Source: an uncultured Marinoscillum sp. (GTDB taxonomy: Bacteria; Bacteroidota; Bacteroidia; Cytophagales; MED-G16). From it: a stretch of 64,000 nucleotides of DNA. The stretch spans positions 1,291-65,290 of the forward strand of contig CAYXSW010000001.1 in NCBI GenBank assembly GCA_964467915.1. The letters run 5' to 3'. Numbering within the stretch: position 1 is the stretch's first letter; each line of letters starts with the position of its first letter. The position numbers and the translations under genes were made by a program. Under the pieces are notes generated by a model that ran no database searches, was not told the DNA's origin, and saw only the letters and a list, made by a program, of their open reading frames with translations. Below, one piece after another: positions 30,122-39,472 of this stretch.

Positions 30122-30700
30122 ATGGAAGAATTCAAAATATGGTTTTCGGTAGGATTTGATCATATCCTTAACGTCCAAGCGTTAGATCATATCCTTTTTG
30201 TTCTCGCTTTAGTTGTAATATATAAGCCAACCAGGGTAAAGCAAATTGTTTTATTAATAACCGCATTTACAGTTGGTCACTCTATAACTTTAATTATTTC
30301 TGCGTTAGAATTAATTTCTTATGATCAGAAAATAATTGAGTTTGCCATACCTTTAACTATTGTCATAACGTCTATCAATAATATTATATCCAGAAAACAA
30401 GAACAAAGTAAATCGGTTGGTTTAAATTATTTTATTGCTTTGGTTTTTGGTTTAATCCACGGTCTTGGGTTTGCAAATTATTTAAAAGCATTATTGTTTA
30501 AGGGTAATATTATCTTAGAGTTATTTTCTTTTAATGTTGGAATAGAGGTTGCTCAATTGGTCGTAGTGTCTGTTTTTTTAATTATTAGTTACTTAGGGTC
30601 AAATTACCTTTTCAGAAAAAGAGAAAACTGGGTGTTATTTGTGTCTTCTGCTATTTTTGGTATAAGTTTGATGTTAACGTTAAACGCAAAATTTTGGTGA
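30122..30700 (+). CDS. HupE/UreJ-family metal permease
   Basis: 192 aa, about 6 TM segments. His-rich TM motifs GFDHILNVQALDHILF, FTVGHSITL and GLIHGLGFANYL. Confidence 0.8.
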   Translation: MEEFKIWFSVGFDHILNVQALDHILFVLALVVIYKPTRVKQIVLLITAFTVGHSITLIISALELISYDQKIIEFAIPLTIVITSINNIISRKQEQSKSVGLNYFIALVFGLIHGLGFANYLKALLFKGNIILELFSFNVGIEVAQLVVVSVFLIISYLGSNYLFRKRENWVLFVSSAIFGISLMLTLNAKFW

Positions 30701-30701
30701 T

Positions 30702-32969
30702 ATGAAAAAAATTCTATGTTTAATCTTCCTTTTTAACTCATTCAACCTTTTATCACAAAGGTTTGCCTCACAAGAATCCTATGGGGAATGGGATAAAAAA
30801 TTCGAACAACTAGGGACCATGCTCCCTACCCCGAATTCATATAGAACAGCCTCTGGCGCTCCAGGTATAGATTACTGGCAACAAAGAGCCGACTACAAAA
30901 TAAACGTGATTCTTAACGATGATAACCAAACAATATCAGGCGAAGAAACCATAACATATTATAACAACTCCCCTGATATGTTAAGATATTTATGGGTACA
31001 GCTGGATCAAAACTTTAGAGCAGACGGCTCTAATACCCCTTTGGTTTCGCCCTCAAAAATGTCAAACTCAATAAGTGGCAAAAGACTCCAAAGTTTAACT
31101 AACTCTTACACAAATATTGATGGGGAAAAGTATAATGGTGGATTCAAAATAGATCATGTTAAAGACTCTAATGGTAACACGTTAGCATATTCTGTTGTGA
31201 GCACAATGATGAGAATTGACCTTGCAAAACCTATGAATTCAGGAGACAGCTTTTCATTCAACATTAAGTGGTCATATGAGGTAAATGACAGAATGAAAAT
31301 TGGAGGAAGAAGTGGTTATGAGTATTTTCCTAAAGATGAAAACTTCAGCTATACAATAGCTCAATTCTTTCCCAGAATGGCGGTGTATGACGACAAAGAA
31401 GGGTGGCAAAACAAACAGTTTCTTGGCAGAGGAGAATTTGCCTTAGCTTTTGGAGACTATGAGCTTAATATAACTGTCCCTGCTGATTTTATTGTTGCGG
31501 CAACAGGATCTCTTCAAAACGCTAAAGAGGTATTAAATAAGAAAGAGCTTGAAAGATTTGAGTTAGCTAAAAAGACTTTTGATAAGCCTGTTATAATTAC
31601 AACTCAAGAAGAAACAATTGCAAAAGAAAAAAAGCCAACAAAAAACAAAACAAAAACATGGAAGTTTAAAGCAGAAATGGTTAGAGACGTAGCCTTTGCT
31701 GCATCAAGAAAATTTATTTGGGATGCGATGGCTGTAGACCTCGAAAACAACAACCCTTTAGCTATGTCGTATTATTCAAAAGAAGGTAACCCGTTATGGG
31801 AAAAGGAATCAACTGTCGCTGTTGCAAACACATTAAGAACTTATTCAAAACATACAGTTGAATACCCATACCCAGTAGCAATATCTGTTCATGCCGCATC
31901 AATAGGTATGGAGTACCCAATGATTTGTTTTAATTTTGGAAGACCAAATGAAGACGGCACATATTCTGAGGCAACAAAATGGGGAATGATTAGTGTTATA
32001 ATTCATGAAGTAGGACATTTTTTTATTCCTATGATTATTAATTCGGATGAAAGACAATGGACTTGGATGGACGAAGGGCTTAATACTTTTGTGCAGTCTT
32101 TGACTCAAAGAGAATACTACAGCGATGGACCCTTAAGACGAGGTACGGCAGAAAGTATTGTAAATTATATGAAAATGCCAAAAGATATGTTGAGACCAAT
32201 AATGACTAATTCTGAACAAATTGCAGACAGAGAATTTGGGGCTAACGCATATGCAAAACCAGCAGCAGCATTAAGTGTTTTGAGGGAAACAATAATGGGG
32301 CCTGAGTTATTTGACTACGCGTTTAAAGAGTATTCAAGAAGGTGGGCTTTTAAACACCCTGACCCCGCTGATTTTTTCAGAACCATGGAAGATGCAAGCG
32401 CTATTGATTTGGATTGGTTTTGGAGGGGGTGGTTTTATAGTACAGATAACGTAGATGTTTCCGTTGAAAAGGTGAAGTGGTTTAAAATGAAAAACATGGG
32501 TGAACCTTTTGAAAACAGAGCAAATGTAGAAGATAAGGAAATTTTTGGAAACAGAAAGATTGCCTCTGATCCCCCTAAATATTCTATTCCATTTAACCCC
32601 ACTGAGTTTAATTTTTCAGAAACAAACAAATATGAATATAGAGAATTCAGAAACTCTGTGAATGATGAGGCAATTAAGTTAGCTAACTCTAATAAAAACT
32701 TTTATGAGGTTACATTTAAAAATAACGGCGGATTAGTAACTCCTCTTATTATTGAGTGGACCTATGAAGATAATTCGAAAGAAATAGAGAAAATACCCGC
32801 TGAAATTTGGAGATTCAATGAGAAAGAGGTGACAAAGGTTTTCACAAAAGACAAGGTTGTTAAGAGCATAAAACTTGACCCTAATAAAGAGACGGCTGAT
32901 GTTAACCTAAATGACAACAACTACCCTCGTGTTGAAATTAAAACTGACTTTGATAGGTTTAACAACTAA
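30702..32969 (+). CDS. Exported M1-family metallopeptidase
   Basis: 755 aa. Signal peptide MKKILCLIFLFNSFNLLSQ. Gluzincin site HEVGHFF...WMDEGLNTF. ATG lies 1 nt after the hupE stop. Confidence 0.9.
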   Translation: MKKILCLIFLFNSFNLLSQRFASQESYGEWDKKFEQLGTMLPTPNSYRTASGAPGIDYWQQRADYKINVILNDDNQTISGEETITYYNNSPDMLRYLWVQLDQNFRADGSNTPLVSPSKMSNSISGKRLQSLTNSYTNIDGEKYNGGFKIDHVKDSNGNTLAYSVVSTMMRIDLAKPMNSGDSFSFNIKWSYEVNDRMKIGGRSGYEYFPKDENFSYTIAQFFPRMAVYDDKEGWQNKQFLGRGEFALAFGDYELNITVPADFIVAATGSLQNAKEVLNKKELERFELAKKTFDKPVIITTQEETIAKEKKPTKNKTKTWKFKAEMVRDVAFAASRKFIWDAMAVDLENNNPLAMSYYSKEGNPLWEKESTVAVANTLRTYSKHTVEYPYPVAISVHAASIGMEYPMICFNFGRPNEDGTYSEATKWGMISVIIHEVGHFFIPMIINSDERQWTWMDEGLNTFVQSLTQREYYSDGPLRRGTAESIVNYMKMPKDMLRPIMTNSEQIADREFGANAYAKPAAALSVLRETIMGPELFDYAFKEYSRRWAFKHPDPADFFRTMEDASAIDLDWFWRGWFYSTDNVDVSVEKVKWFKMKNMGEPFENRANVEDKEIFGNRKIASDPPKYSIPFNPTEFNFSETNKYEYREFRNSVNDEAIKLANSNKNFYEVTFKNNGGLVTPLIIEWTYEDNSKEIEKIPAEIWRFNEKEVTKVFTKDKVVKSIKLDPNKETADVNLNDNNYPRVEIKTDFDRFNN

Positions 32970-33928
32970 AAGGGTAAGGATTTAAGGTCAACATTACCTC
33001 CTGTTAAAATAATCACAATTCTTTTATTGGAGAATTTGTTTTTTTCTTTTATTAGTGCCGCAAGCGGTACAGCACAAGAGGGCTCACAAACTATCTTCAT
33101 CCTCTCCCAAATTAATTTCATCGCAAATATTATTTCTTCTTCTGAAACTGTAATTATTTCATCAGCACCATTTAAAATAATTTTAAATGTTCTCCTTGAC
33201 AGTGATGTTTTTAAACCATCAGCTATTGTATTTGGGTTATCAACAGGAATTAATTTTTTCTTAACAAAAGACTCGTGTGCGTCAGAAGCATTTAATGGCT
33301 CAGAAAGCACAACTTTTGTTTGTGGAGAATATAGCCTAGTTGATATTATAGTACCAGAAGCTAAACCGCCTCCACCAACAGGACACATAATATAATTTAC
33401 ACCTATTAGCTCTTCAAAAATTTCTTTTGCACAGGTTGCTTGGCCACAAATCACTTGTTCATTATCATATGGGTGTATAAAATTAGCTTCTGTTTCTTTT
33501 ATAATTTTCTCACAAGTTTCTACCCTAGACTGTTCATTATTATCACATAAATAAACATTGGCCCCGTATCCTTTCACTGCGTTTATTTTAATTTTAGGGG
33601 CTCCTTTTGGCATAACAATGTGAGCTTTTGTTTTAGCAATTTTTGAAGAGAGCGCCACAGCTTGAGCGTGGTTTCCTGATGAATGAGTCACAAACCCCTT
33701 CTCTATTTTTTTTTTATCACAAGACATAACAGCGTTAACCGCTCCTCTCATTTTAAATGCTCCAATTTTTTGAAAGTTCTCACATTTAAAATACACCTCG
33801 CATCCCACAAGAGAATTAATTGCTCTTGACTTTAAAACTGGAGTGTTGTGAGTCCATTTTCTAACTATCTTATGTGCAGACTCTACCTTGTTCCTATAAC
33901 CCTCTATGTCTAATGTGCCTCTAACCAT
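32966..33928 (-). CDS. PLP-dependent serine/threonine dehydratase (threonine ammonia-lyase / serine racemase-like)
   Basis: 320 aa. PLP-lysine motif FQKIGAFKMRGA, HSSGNHAQA and glycine loop PVGGGGLASG. Confidence 0.85.
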   Translation of the reverse strand: MVRGTLDIEGYRNKVESAHKIVRKWTHNTPVLKSRAINSLVGCEVYFKCENFQKIGAFKMRGAVNAVMSCDKKKIEKGFVTHSSGNHAQAVALSSKIAKTKAHIVMPKGAPKIKINAVKGYGANVYLCDNNEQSRVETCEKIIKETEANFIHPYDNEQVICGQATCAKEIFEELIGVNYIMCPVGGGGLASGTIISTRLYSPQTKVVLSEPLNASDAHESFVKKKLIPVDNPNTIADGLKTSLSRRTFKIILNGADEIITVSEEEIIFAMKLIWERMKIVCEPSCAVPLAALIKEKNKFSNKRIVIILTGGNVDLKSLPF

Positions 33929-36639
33929 GTTTTTCCGTATCCAACATCAACAAGTAATGGAACTTTAATTTTAATTACGCTTTCCATTATTTTTTTAATA
34001 TTTAAACTTAATAAATCAATCTCAGAACTGTCTACATCAAACACTAATTCATCGTGCACCTGCATTATCATTTTAGATTTTACATTATTGTCTTTCATCC
34101 ATTTAGATATTTCAATCATTGCTAACTTTATTATATCTGCAGCCGTTCCTTGAATTGGGGAGTTAATTGCATTTCTTTCAGCAAAACCTCTTACGGTGTA
34201 ATTTCTGGAGTCAATATCTCTTAAGAACCTCCTTCGGCCCAACAAGGTCTCTACTTGCTTTTTTTCTTTAGCTTCTTTAATTGATCTTTCCATATATAAC
34301 TTTACATTTTTGAATTCATCAAAATAGGCATCTATTATTTCTTTAGCCTCAGACCTTGGTATGTCTAGATTCTGAGAGAGACCAAAAGGAGAAATGCCAT
34401 AAATTATACCAAAATTAACTTCTTTAGCTCTTCTTCTCATGTCTTGAGTAACCTCCGCCAAAGAAACCCCAAACACTTTAGATGCGGTAATTGCGTGTAT
34501 GTCTTTATTGTTTTTAAAAGCATTGATCATCTCTTTGTCTTCACTAAAGGAAGCAATAATTCTTAACTCTATTTGTGAGTAATCAGCTGCTAAAATAAAA
34601 TTTCCTTTCTTCCTAGAGACAAAAGCTGAGCGTGTCTTTCTTCCTAGCTGTGTCCTTATTGGAATGTTTTGTAAATTTGGTTTATTAGAACTTAACCTTC
34701 CTGTTGCCGTTACTGCTTGAGCATAATCTGTATGGATTAAATTATCTTTTGGAGAAACCATTTGAGGTAGGGCGTCAATATAGGTTGATAAAAGTTTTTT
34801 GTACTCTCTATACTCTAGAACCAATGACACAATCTTGCTCTTCTTTGATAATTTCACTAAAACATCTTCACCTGTTGAGTACTGACCTGATTTAGTTTTT
34901 TTAGGGTTATCGTCTATTTTAAGCTTGTCAAACAAAACAACACCGAGTTGTTTTGGAGAAGCAACATTAAACTCCTCCCCCGCTATTATATAAATATTTT
35001 TTTCTGTTTCATTAATTTTTTTAGTGAGGACTTCTGACATATTTGATAAAAATTCTGAATCAATTTTTACCCCATTACTTTCTATTTCACATAAAACAAA
35101 CATCAAAGGAATTTCTAAATCATAAAAAAGTTTTGATAGGTTGTTTTTCTTAAGATTTTTTTCAAAAATGTTTTTTAGACGAAAGGTGATGTCTGCGTCT
35201 TCACACGCATATATATAAATGTCTTTCGGGGACAATTCTGTCATTTTTTTTTGATTAACCCCAGGCTTACCTATAATATCTTCGATTGGAATACACTTGT
35301 GATTTAAATAATTTTCAGACAATACATCAAGTTTATGGCTTGATTCTGGGTTAAGCAAATAGTGGGCAAGCATTGTATCAAAAACATTTTCTTTTATATT
35401 AATATTATATTTTTTAAGAATTTGAAGGTCATACTTAAGATTGTGTCCAATAATAGTTGTTGCTGAGTTTTCTAACAGTGGCTTAAGTTTGTTAACAACA
35501 TAATCACAATCATCAATCGTTGGGATGTAATAACCTTTTTTTTCTTCATCGCTTAATGCAACTCCAGCTAATTCAGCATCCTGTATATTTAAACTTGATG
35601 TTTCTGTATCAACACAAAGGTTTTTTGAGGAGCTAAGGCTTTTTACAAGCTCATCTAAATTATTTTTGTCTACTAATGTATAATTGAGGTTTTCGTTTTC
35701 TACAGAGGATTGGTTTGAAAAAAAATCTAATTGACCCTCCTCTTCTTCTAACAAAACACCATACGAAATCATTCTGCTTTTTATGGTTCTAAACTCCATC
35801 TCATCTAACAACTTATTAAGTTCTGAATAATTAGCTTTTTTGTTTTTTAAGTCATTAATTTTTATGTTCAAAGAAATGTCTGTTTTGATTTTTGCCAACT
35901 CCTTAGACATTAACGCGGACTCTGTGTTGTCTCTAACTTTTATTCCAACTGAGCCTTTAATTTTTTCTTTGTTTTCAAGTATTCCTTCAACACTTCCGTA
36001 TTCCGATAATAATTTTTGAGCAGTTTTTGGGCCAACCCCCGGAATTCCTGGTATATTATCAACACTATCCCCTTGAAGCCCTAAAAAATCCACAACCTGG
36101 TCTATTCTCCTTATCTTAAACTTATCTAATACTTCTTTAACACCCAACACATCAACTCCCCTTCCCATAAAAGCTGGTTTATATAGAAAAACATTTTCCT
36201 TAACTAGCTGCGCAAAATCCTTATCAGGGGTCATCATAAAAACTTGTGTCTCTTTTTCGTTTGACAAGACCTTTGAAATGGTTCCGATTACATCATCCGC
36301 CTCAAAGCCATCAAGCTCTACTGTTTTAATATTTAAATGACTAAGAAAGTTTTTAATTATAGGTATTGCAACCTGAATGTCTTCTGGTTGCCTCTCCCTG
36401 TTTGCTTTATATTCATTAAAAATTTCAGACCTAAATGTAGGTGATTTAGTATCAAAAGCAACGGCAATATGAGTTGGGTTTTCTTTATTTAATAATTCAA
36501 GCAAAGTGTTTAAGAAACCATAAACAGCACTTGTGTTAATACCTTTAGAGTTTACAATTGGATTTTTACTAAAAGCAAAATGAGCCCTATAAATGAGCGC
36601 CATAGCGTCTAATAAAAATACTTTGTTTTTAGTTTCCAA
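33910..36639 (-). CDS. polA: DNA polymerase I
   Basis: 909 aa. 5' nuclease N-terminus VFLLDAMALIYRAHFAF, pol motifs ADYSQIELRI and MQVHDELVF. TTG start is forced by an in-frame TAG two codons upstream. Confidence 0.97.
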   Translation of the reverse strand: METKNKVFLLDAMALIYRAHFAFSKNPIVNSKGINTSAVYGFLNTLLELLNKENPTHIAVAFDTKSPTFRSEIFNEYKANRERQPEDIQVAIPIIKNFLSHLNIKTVELDGFEADDVIGTISKVLSNEKETQVFMMTPDKDFAQLVKENVFLYKPAFMGRGVDVLGVKEVLDKFKIRRIDQVVDFLGLQGDSVDNIPGIPGVGPKTAQKLLSEYGSVEGILENKEKIKGSVGIKVRDNTESALMSKELAKIKTDISLNIKINDLKNKKANYSELNKLLDEMEFRTIKSRMISYGVLLEEEEGQLDFFSNQSSVENENLNYTLVDKNNLDELVKSLSSSKNLCVDTETSSLNIQDAELAGVALSDEEKKGYYIPTIDDCDYVVNKLKPLLENSATTIIGHNLKYDLQILKKYNINIKENVFDTMLAHYLLNPESSHKLDVLSENYLNHKCIPIEDIIGKPGVNQKKMTELSPKDIYIYACEDADITFRLKNIFEKNLKKNNLSKLFYDLEIPLMFVLCEIESNGVKIDSEFLSNMSEVLTKKINETEKNIYIIAGEEFNVASPKQLGVVLFDKLKIDDNPKKTKSGQYSTGEDVLVKLSKKSKIVSLVLEYREYKKLLSTYIDALPQMVSPKDNLIHTDYAQAVTATGRLSSNKPNLQNIPIRTQLGRKTRSAFVSRKKGNFILAADYSQIELRIIASFSEDKEMINAFKNNKDIHAITASKVFGVSLAEVTQDMRRRAKEVNFGIIYGISPFGLSQNLDIPRSEAKEIIDAYFDEFKNVKLYMERSIKEAKEKKQVETLLGRRRFLRDIDSRNYTVRGFAERNAINSPIQGTAADIIKLAMIEISKWMKDNNVKSKMIMQVHDELVFDVDSSEIDLLSLNIKKIMESVIKIKVPLLVDVGYGKTWLEAH

Positions 36640-36694
36640 TTGCTAAAAAATTTATTGAATAAAATTAATATGTATATTAGATTAAAATATATTA

Positions 36695-38314
36695 ATGAAA
36701 AATAAAATTACTCTTTATTTATTTATTTCTATTGCTATGCTTTCGTCCTTTTATTTAATTAAAAAAGAAAGTTTAACGGTAAAAAATATTACTTCCGCTT
36801 TAAAAATTTCTGGTGTTGTTTTTCCTAAAAAAGATATAGAAACAATGTTGTCTTATGTTGAAAGGAATCTGGGTTCATACGAAGAAATGAGAAGTTATAC
36901 TTTAGATAATAATGTCTCTCCCGCATTAAAGTTTTTTGTTGAAAGTGATAAAAACAATAACACTGTCTATTATTTCGATCCGATACAAACCACTCTTCCT
37001 AAAAACAAAGAAGAAATAGCGTTTATGACAATTGGGGAGTTATCCTATTTAATTAAAAATAAAAAGATAACATCGGTGGAACTGACGAATATTTATTTAG
37101 AAAGAATCAAAAAATATAATGACGCTTTAAGTGCGGTTGTCACTTTAACAGATAGCCTAGCTTTAGAACAAGCAAAAGTTGCCGACAAAGAAATAGCGAG
37201 TGGAAAACATAAAGGTGTATTGCATGGGATTCCATATGGGATTAAAGATCTAGCGTCTTTTCCTGGATATCCAACAACATGGGGGGCTCAACCATTAAAA
37301 AACCAATACCTAAACGAAAAAGCATACGTTATTAAAAAACTTGAAAACGCTGGGGCTGTAATGTTGGGGAAATTATCTTCTGGTTCTCTTGCTAGAGGTG
37401 ATGTTTGGTTTGGGGGGAAAACAAAAAATCCTTGGGATCTTTCTCAAGGATCAAGTGGTTCCTCTGCTGGGTCTGCATCAGCTGTGGCTGCTGGTCTAGT
37501 TGGTTTTGCAATAGGAACAGAAACATTGGGATCTATTATCTCTCCATCAACAAGATGTGGTGTGAGCGGCCTTCGTCCCACTTTTGGTAAAGTTAGCACA
37601 GATGGGTTTATGACTTTGTCTTGGAGTATGGATAAAATAGGGCCAATAGCTAGAAGCGCTAGAGACTGTGCTATTATATTAGAGAAAATTAAGAATACAC
37701 CAACCAACCCACAAGTTGTTTCTTTTGATAAAGCGCCTGGAGGTTTAAAAGTAGGTTATCTAAAAAAACTGTTTGATGAAGACACCTCAAGGTTCTCATT
37801 AAACAACAACAAAACATTAAGTGTTATTAAGAAAAAATATAATTTAACTCCAGTATCATTACCAGAAGATTTCCCTTTTAAGGCTTTTGATGTTATTTTG
37901 AGATCAGAGGCGGGGGCGTTTTTTGATGATTTTTTATTGAAAGGTTTAGACTCAAGTATGGTTGAGCAAGGAAGTCGGTCTAGGGCAAACTCCTTAAGGC
38001 AAGCTAGGTTAATTCCTGCGGTAGAATATATTCAAGCAAATAGACATAGAGAAAACTTAATTAAAGAGGTGGATTTTTTGTTTAATAATTTTGATGTTAT
38101 TATATCTCCTAGTTTTGGGGGAAATCAATTATTAACCACAAACCTAACCGGTCACCCTGTTATTTCAATTCCAAATGGTTTTGATAAAAATGGTCGCCCC
38201 ACAAGTATTTCTTTTATAGGAAATTATAACTCTGAGCATAAAATACTATATTTTGCAGATGTATATCAAAAAGAAACAGATCACAATAAAATTAACCCTC
38301 CTTTGTTTAAATAA
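36695..38314 (+). CDS. Amidase-signature family amidase with N-terminal signal/anchor
   Basis: 539 aa. Amidase signature GSSGSSAGSASAVAAGLVGFAIGTETLGSI. Hydrophobic N-terminus LYLFISIAMLSSFYLI. Confidence 0.85.
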   Translation: MKNKITLYLFISIAMLSSFYLIKKESLTVKNITSALKISGVVFPKKDIETMLSYVERNLGSYEEMRSYTLDNNVSPALKFFVESDKNNNTVYYFDPIQTTLPKNKEEIAFMTIGELSYLIKNKKITSVELTNIYLERIKKYNDALSAVVTLTDSLALEQAKVADKEIASGKHKGVLHGIPYGIKDLASFPGYPTTWGAQPLKNQYLNEKAYVIKKLENAGAVMLGKLSSGSLARGDVWFGGKTKNPWDLSQGSSGSSAGSASAVAAGLVGFAIGTETLGSIISPSTRCGVSGLRPTFGKVSTDGFMTLSWSMDKIGPIARSARDCAIILEKIKNTPTNPQVVSFDKAPGGLKVGYLKKLFDEDTSRFSLNNNKTLSVIKKKYNLTPVSLPEDFPFKAFDVILRSEAGAFFDDFLLKGLDSSMVEQGSRSRANSLRQARLIPAVEYIQANRHRENLIKEVDFLFNNFDVIISPSFGGNQLLTTNLTGHPVISIPNGFDKNGRPTSISFIGNYNSEHKILYFADVYQKETDHNKINPPLFK

Positions 38315-38326
38315 AAGTTAAAGCCA

Positions 38327-39472
38327 ATGAGGTGTCAAAAACAAAAATTCATCATCACCGGAAAAAAGAGTTATTTAAATTGTGCTTATATGTCTCCTAT
38401 GCTAAAAAAAGTAGAAAAAGCTGGGGTAAGGGGATTAAAACTAAAGAGAAAGCCCCATGAGCTATTGCCTGAAGATTTTTTCATAGATGTTAATAAACTT
38501 AAAAAACTTTTTGCAGAGCTTATAAACACCAACGAAGTTGAGAGGGTTGCTTTAACCCCTTCTGTTTCTTATGGAATAGCTAATGTAACAAATAACATAT
38601 CCTTGAAAAGATCGGAAAATGTTGTTGTTATTGGGGATCAATTTCCAAGTAATGTGTATCCGTGGATGGGTCTCACAAAAAAGTATAAAGCTGAGCTTAA
38701 GGTGGTTAAAAAACCCGAAGAAAACAAAGGGATCGGAAGGCTTTGGAATGAAAAAATATTAGATGAAATAGACAAAAACACTAAGGTTGTTTCGTTGGGG
38801 GTGATACATTGGGCAGATGGAACGATTTTTGATTTAGAAAAAATAAGAGAGAAAACTTTGGAGGTGGGTGCTTTGTTAATAATAGACGGAACTCAATCGG
38901 TTGGAGTTATGCCTTTTGATGTATTAAAAATAAATCCAGACGCTTTGGTTTGTGCGGCGTATAAGTGGCTGATGGGGCCTTACGGGTTTGGAATTAGCTA
39001 CTATGGAAAAGTATTTGATACTGGTAATCCAATAGAGGAAAGTTGGATAAACAGAAAAAACAGTGACGACTTCTCTCAACTAATTAATTACCAAGATGAG
39101 TATGGGGAATTAGCACAAAGGTATAGTGTTGGGCAACAAAGTAACTTTATAAACGTGGCAATGTTGTCCGCGGGAATTAAACAAATAAATAGTTGGGGGG
39201 TAAAAAACATTTACCAATATATTGATTCTATAACTAGTCCTTGTTTTAATCTTTTAGATCCGTCTAAGGTTTGGTTTGAAGATTATGAATATAGGTCTGC
39301 TCACTTATTTGGTTTGAGGCCGAAAAAAAATCTAAAAAAAATACTTAAAAAAATAAGAAAAAAAAATATATATGTTTCATTAAGAGGAGACACAATAAGG
39401 GTTTCCCCTTCTGTTTACAACACAAAAAATGAGATTGAGAAATTGTTTAAGTGTATATCCGAAAATGTATAA
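38327..39472 (+). CDS. Class V-fold PLP-dependent enzyme (aminotransferase/desulfurase-like)
   Basis: 381 aa. YLNCAYMSP N-terminus, IIDGTQSVG, and PLP lysine in AAYKWLMGPYG. Confidence 0.78.
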   Translation: MRCQKQKFIITGKKSYLNCAYMSPMLKKVEKAGVRGLKLKRKPHELLPEDFFIDVNKLKKLFAELINTNEVERVALTPSVSYGIANVTNNISLKRSENVVVIGDQFPSNVYPWMGLTKKYKAELKVVKKPEENKGIGRLWNEKILDEIDKNTKVVSLGVIHWADGTIFDLEKIREKTLEVGALLIIDGTQSVGVMPFDVLKINPDALVCAAYKWLMGPYGFGISYYGKVFDTGNPIEESWINRKNSDDFSQLINYQDEYGELAQRYSVGQQSNFINVAMLSAGIKQINSWGVKNIYQYIDSITSPCFNLLDPSKVWFEDYEYRSAHLFGLRPKKNLKKILKKIRKKNIYVSLRGDTIRVSPSVYNTKNEIEKLFKCISENV

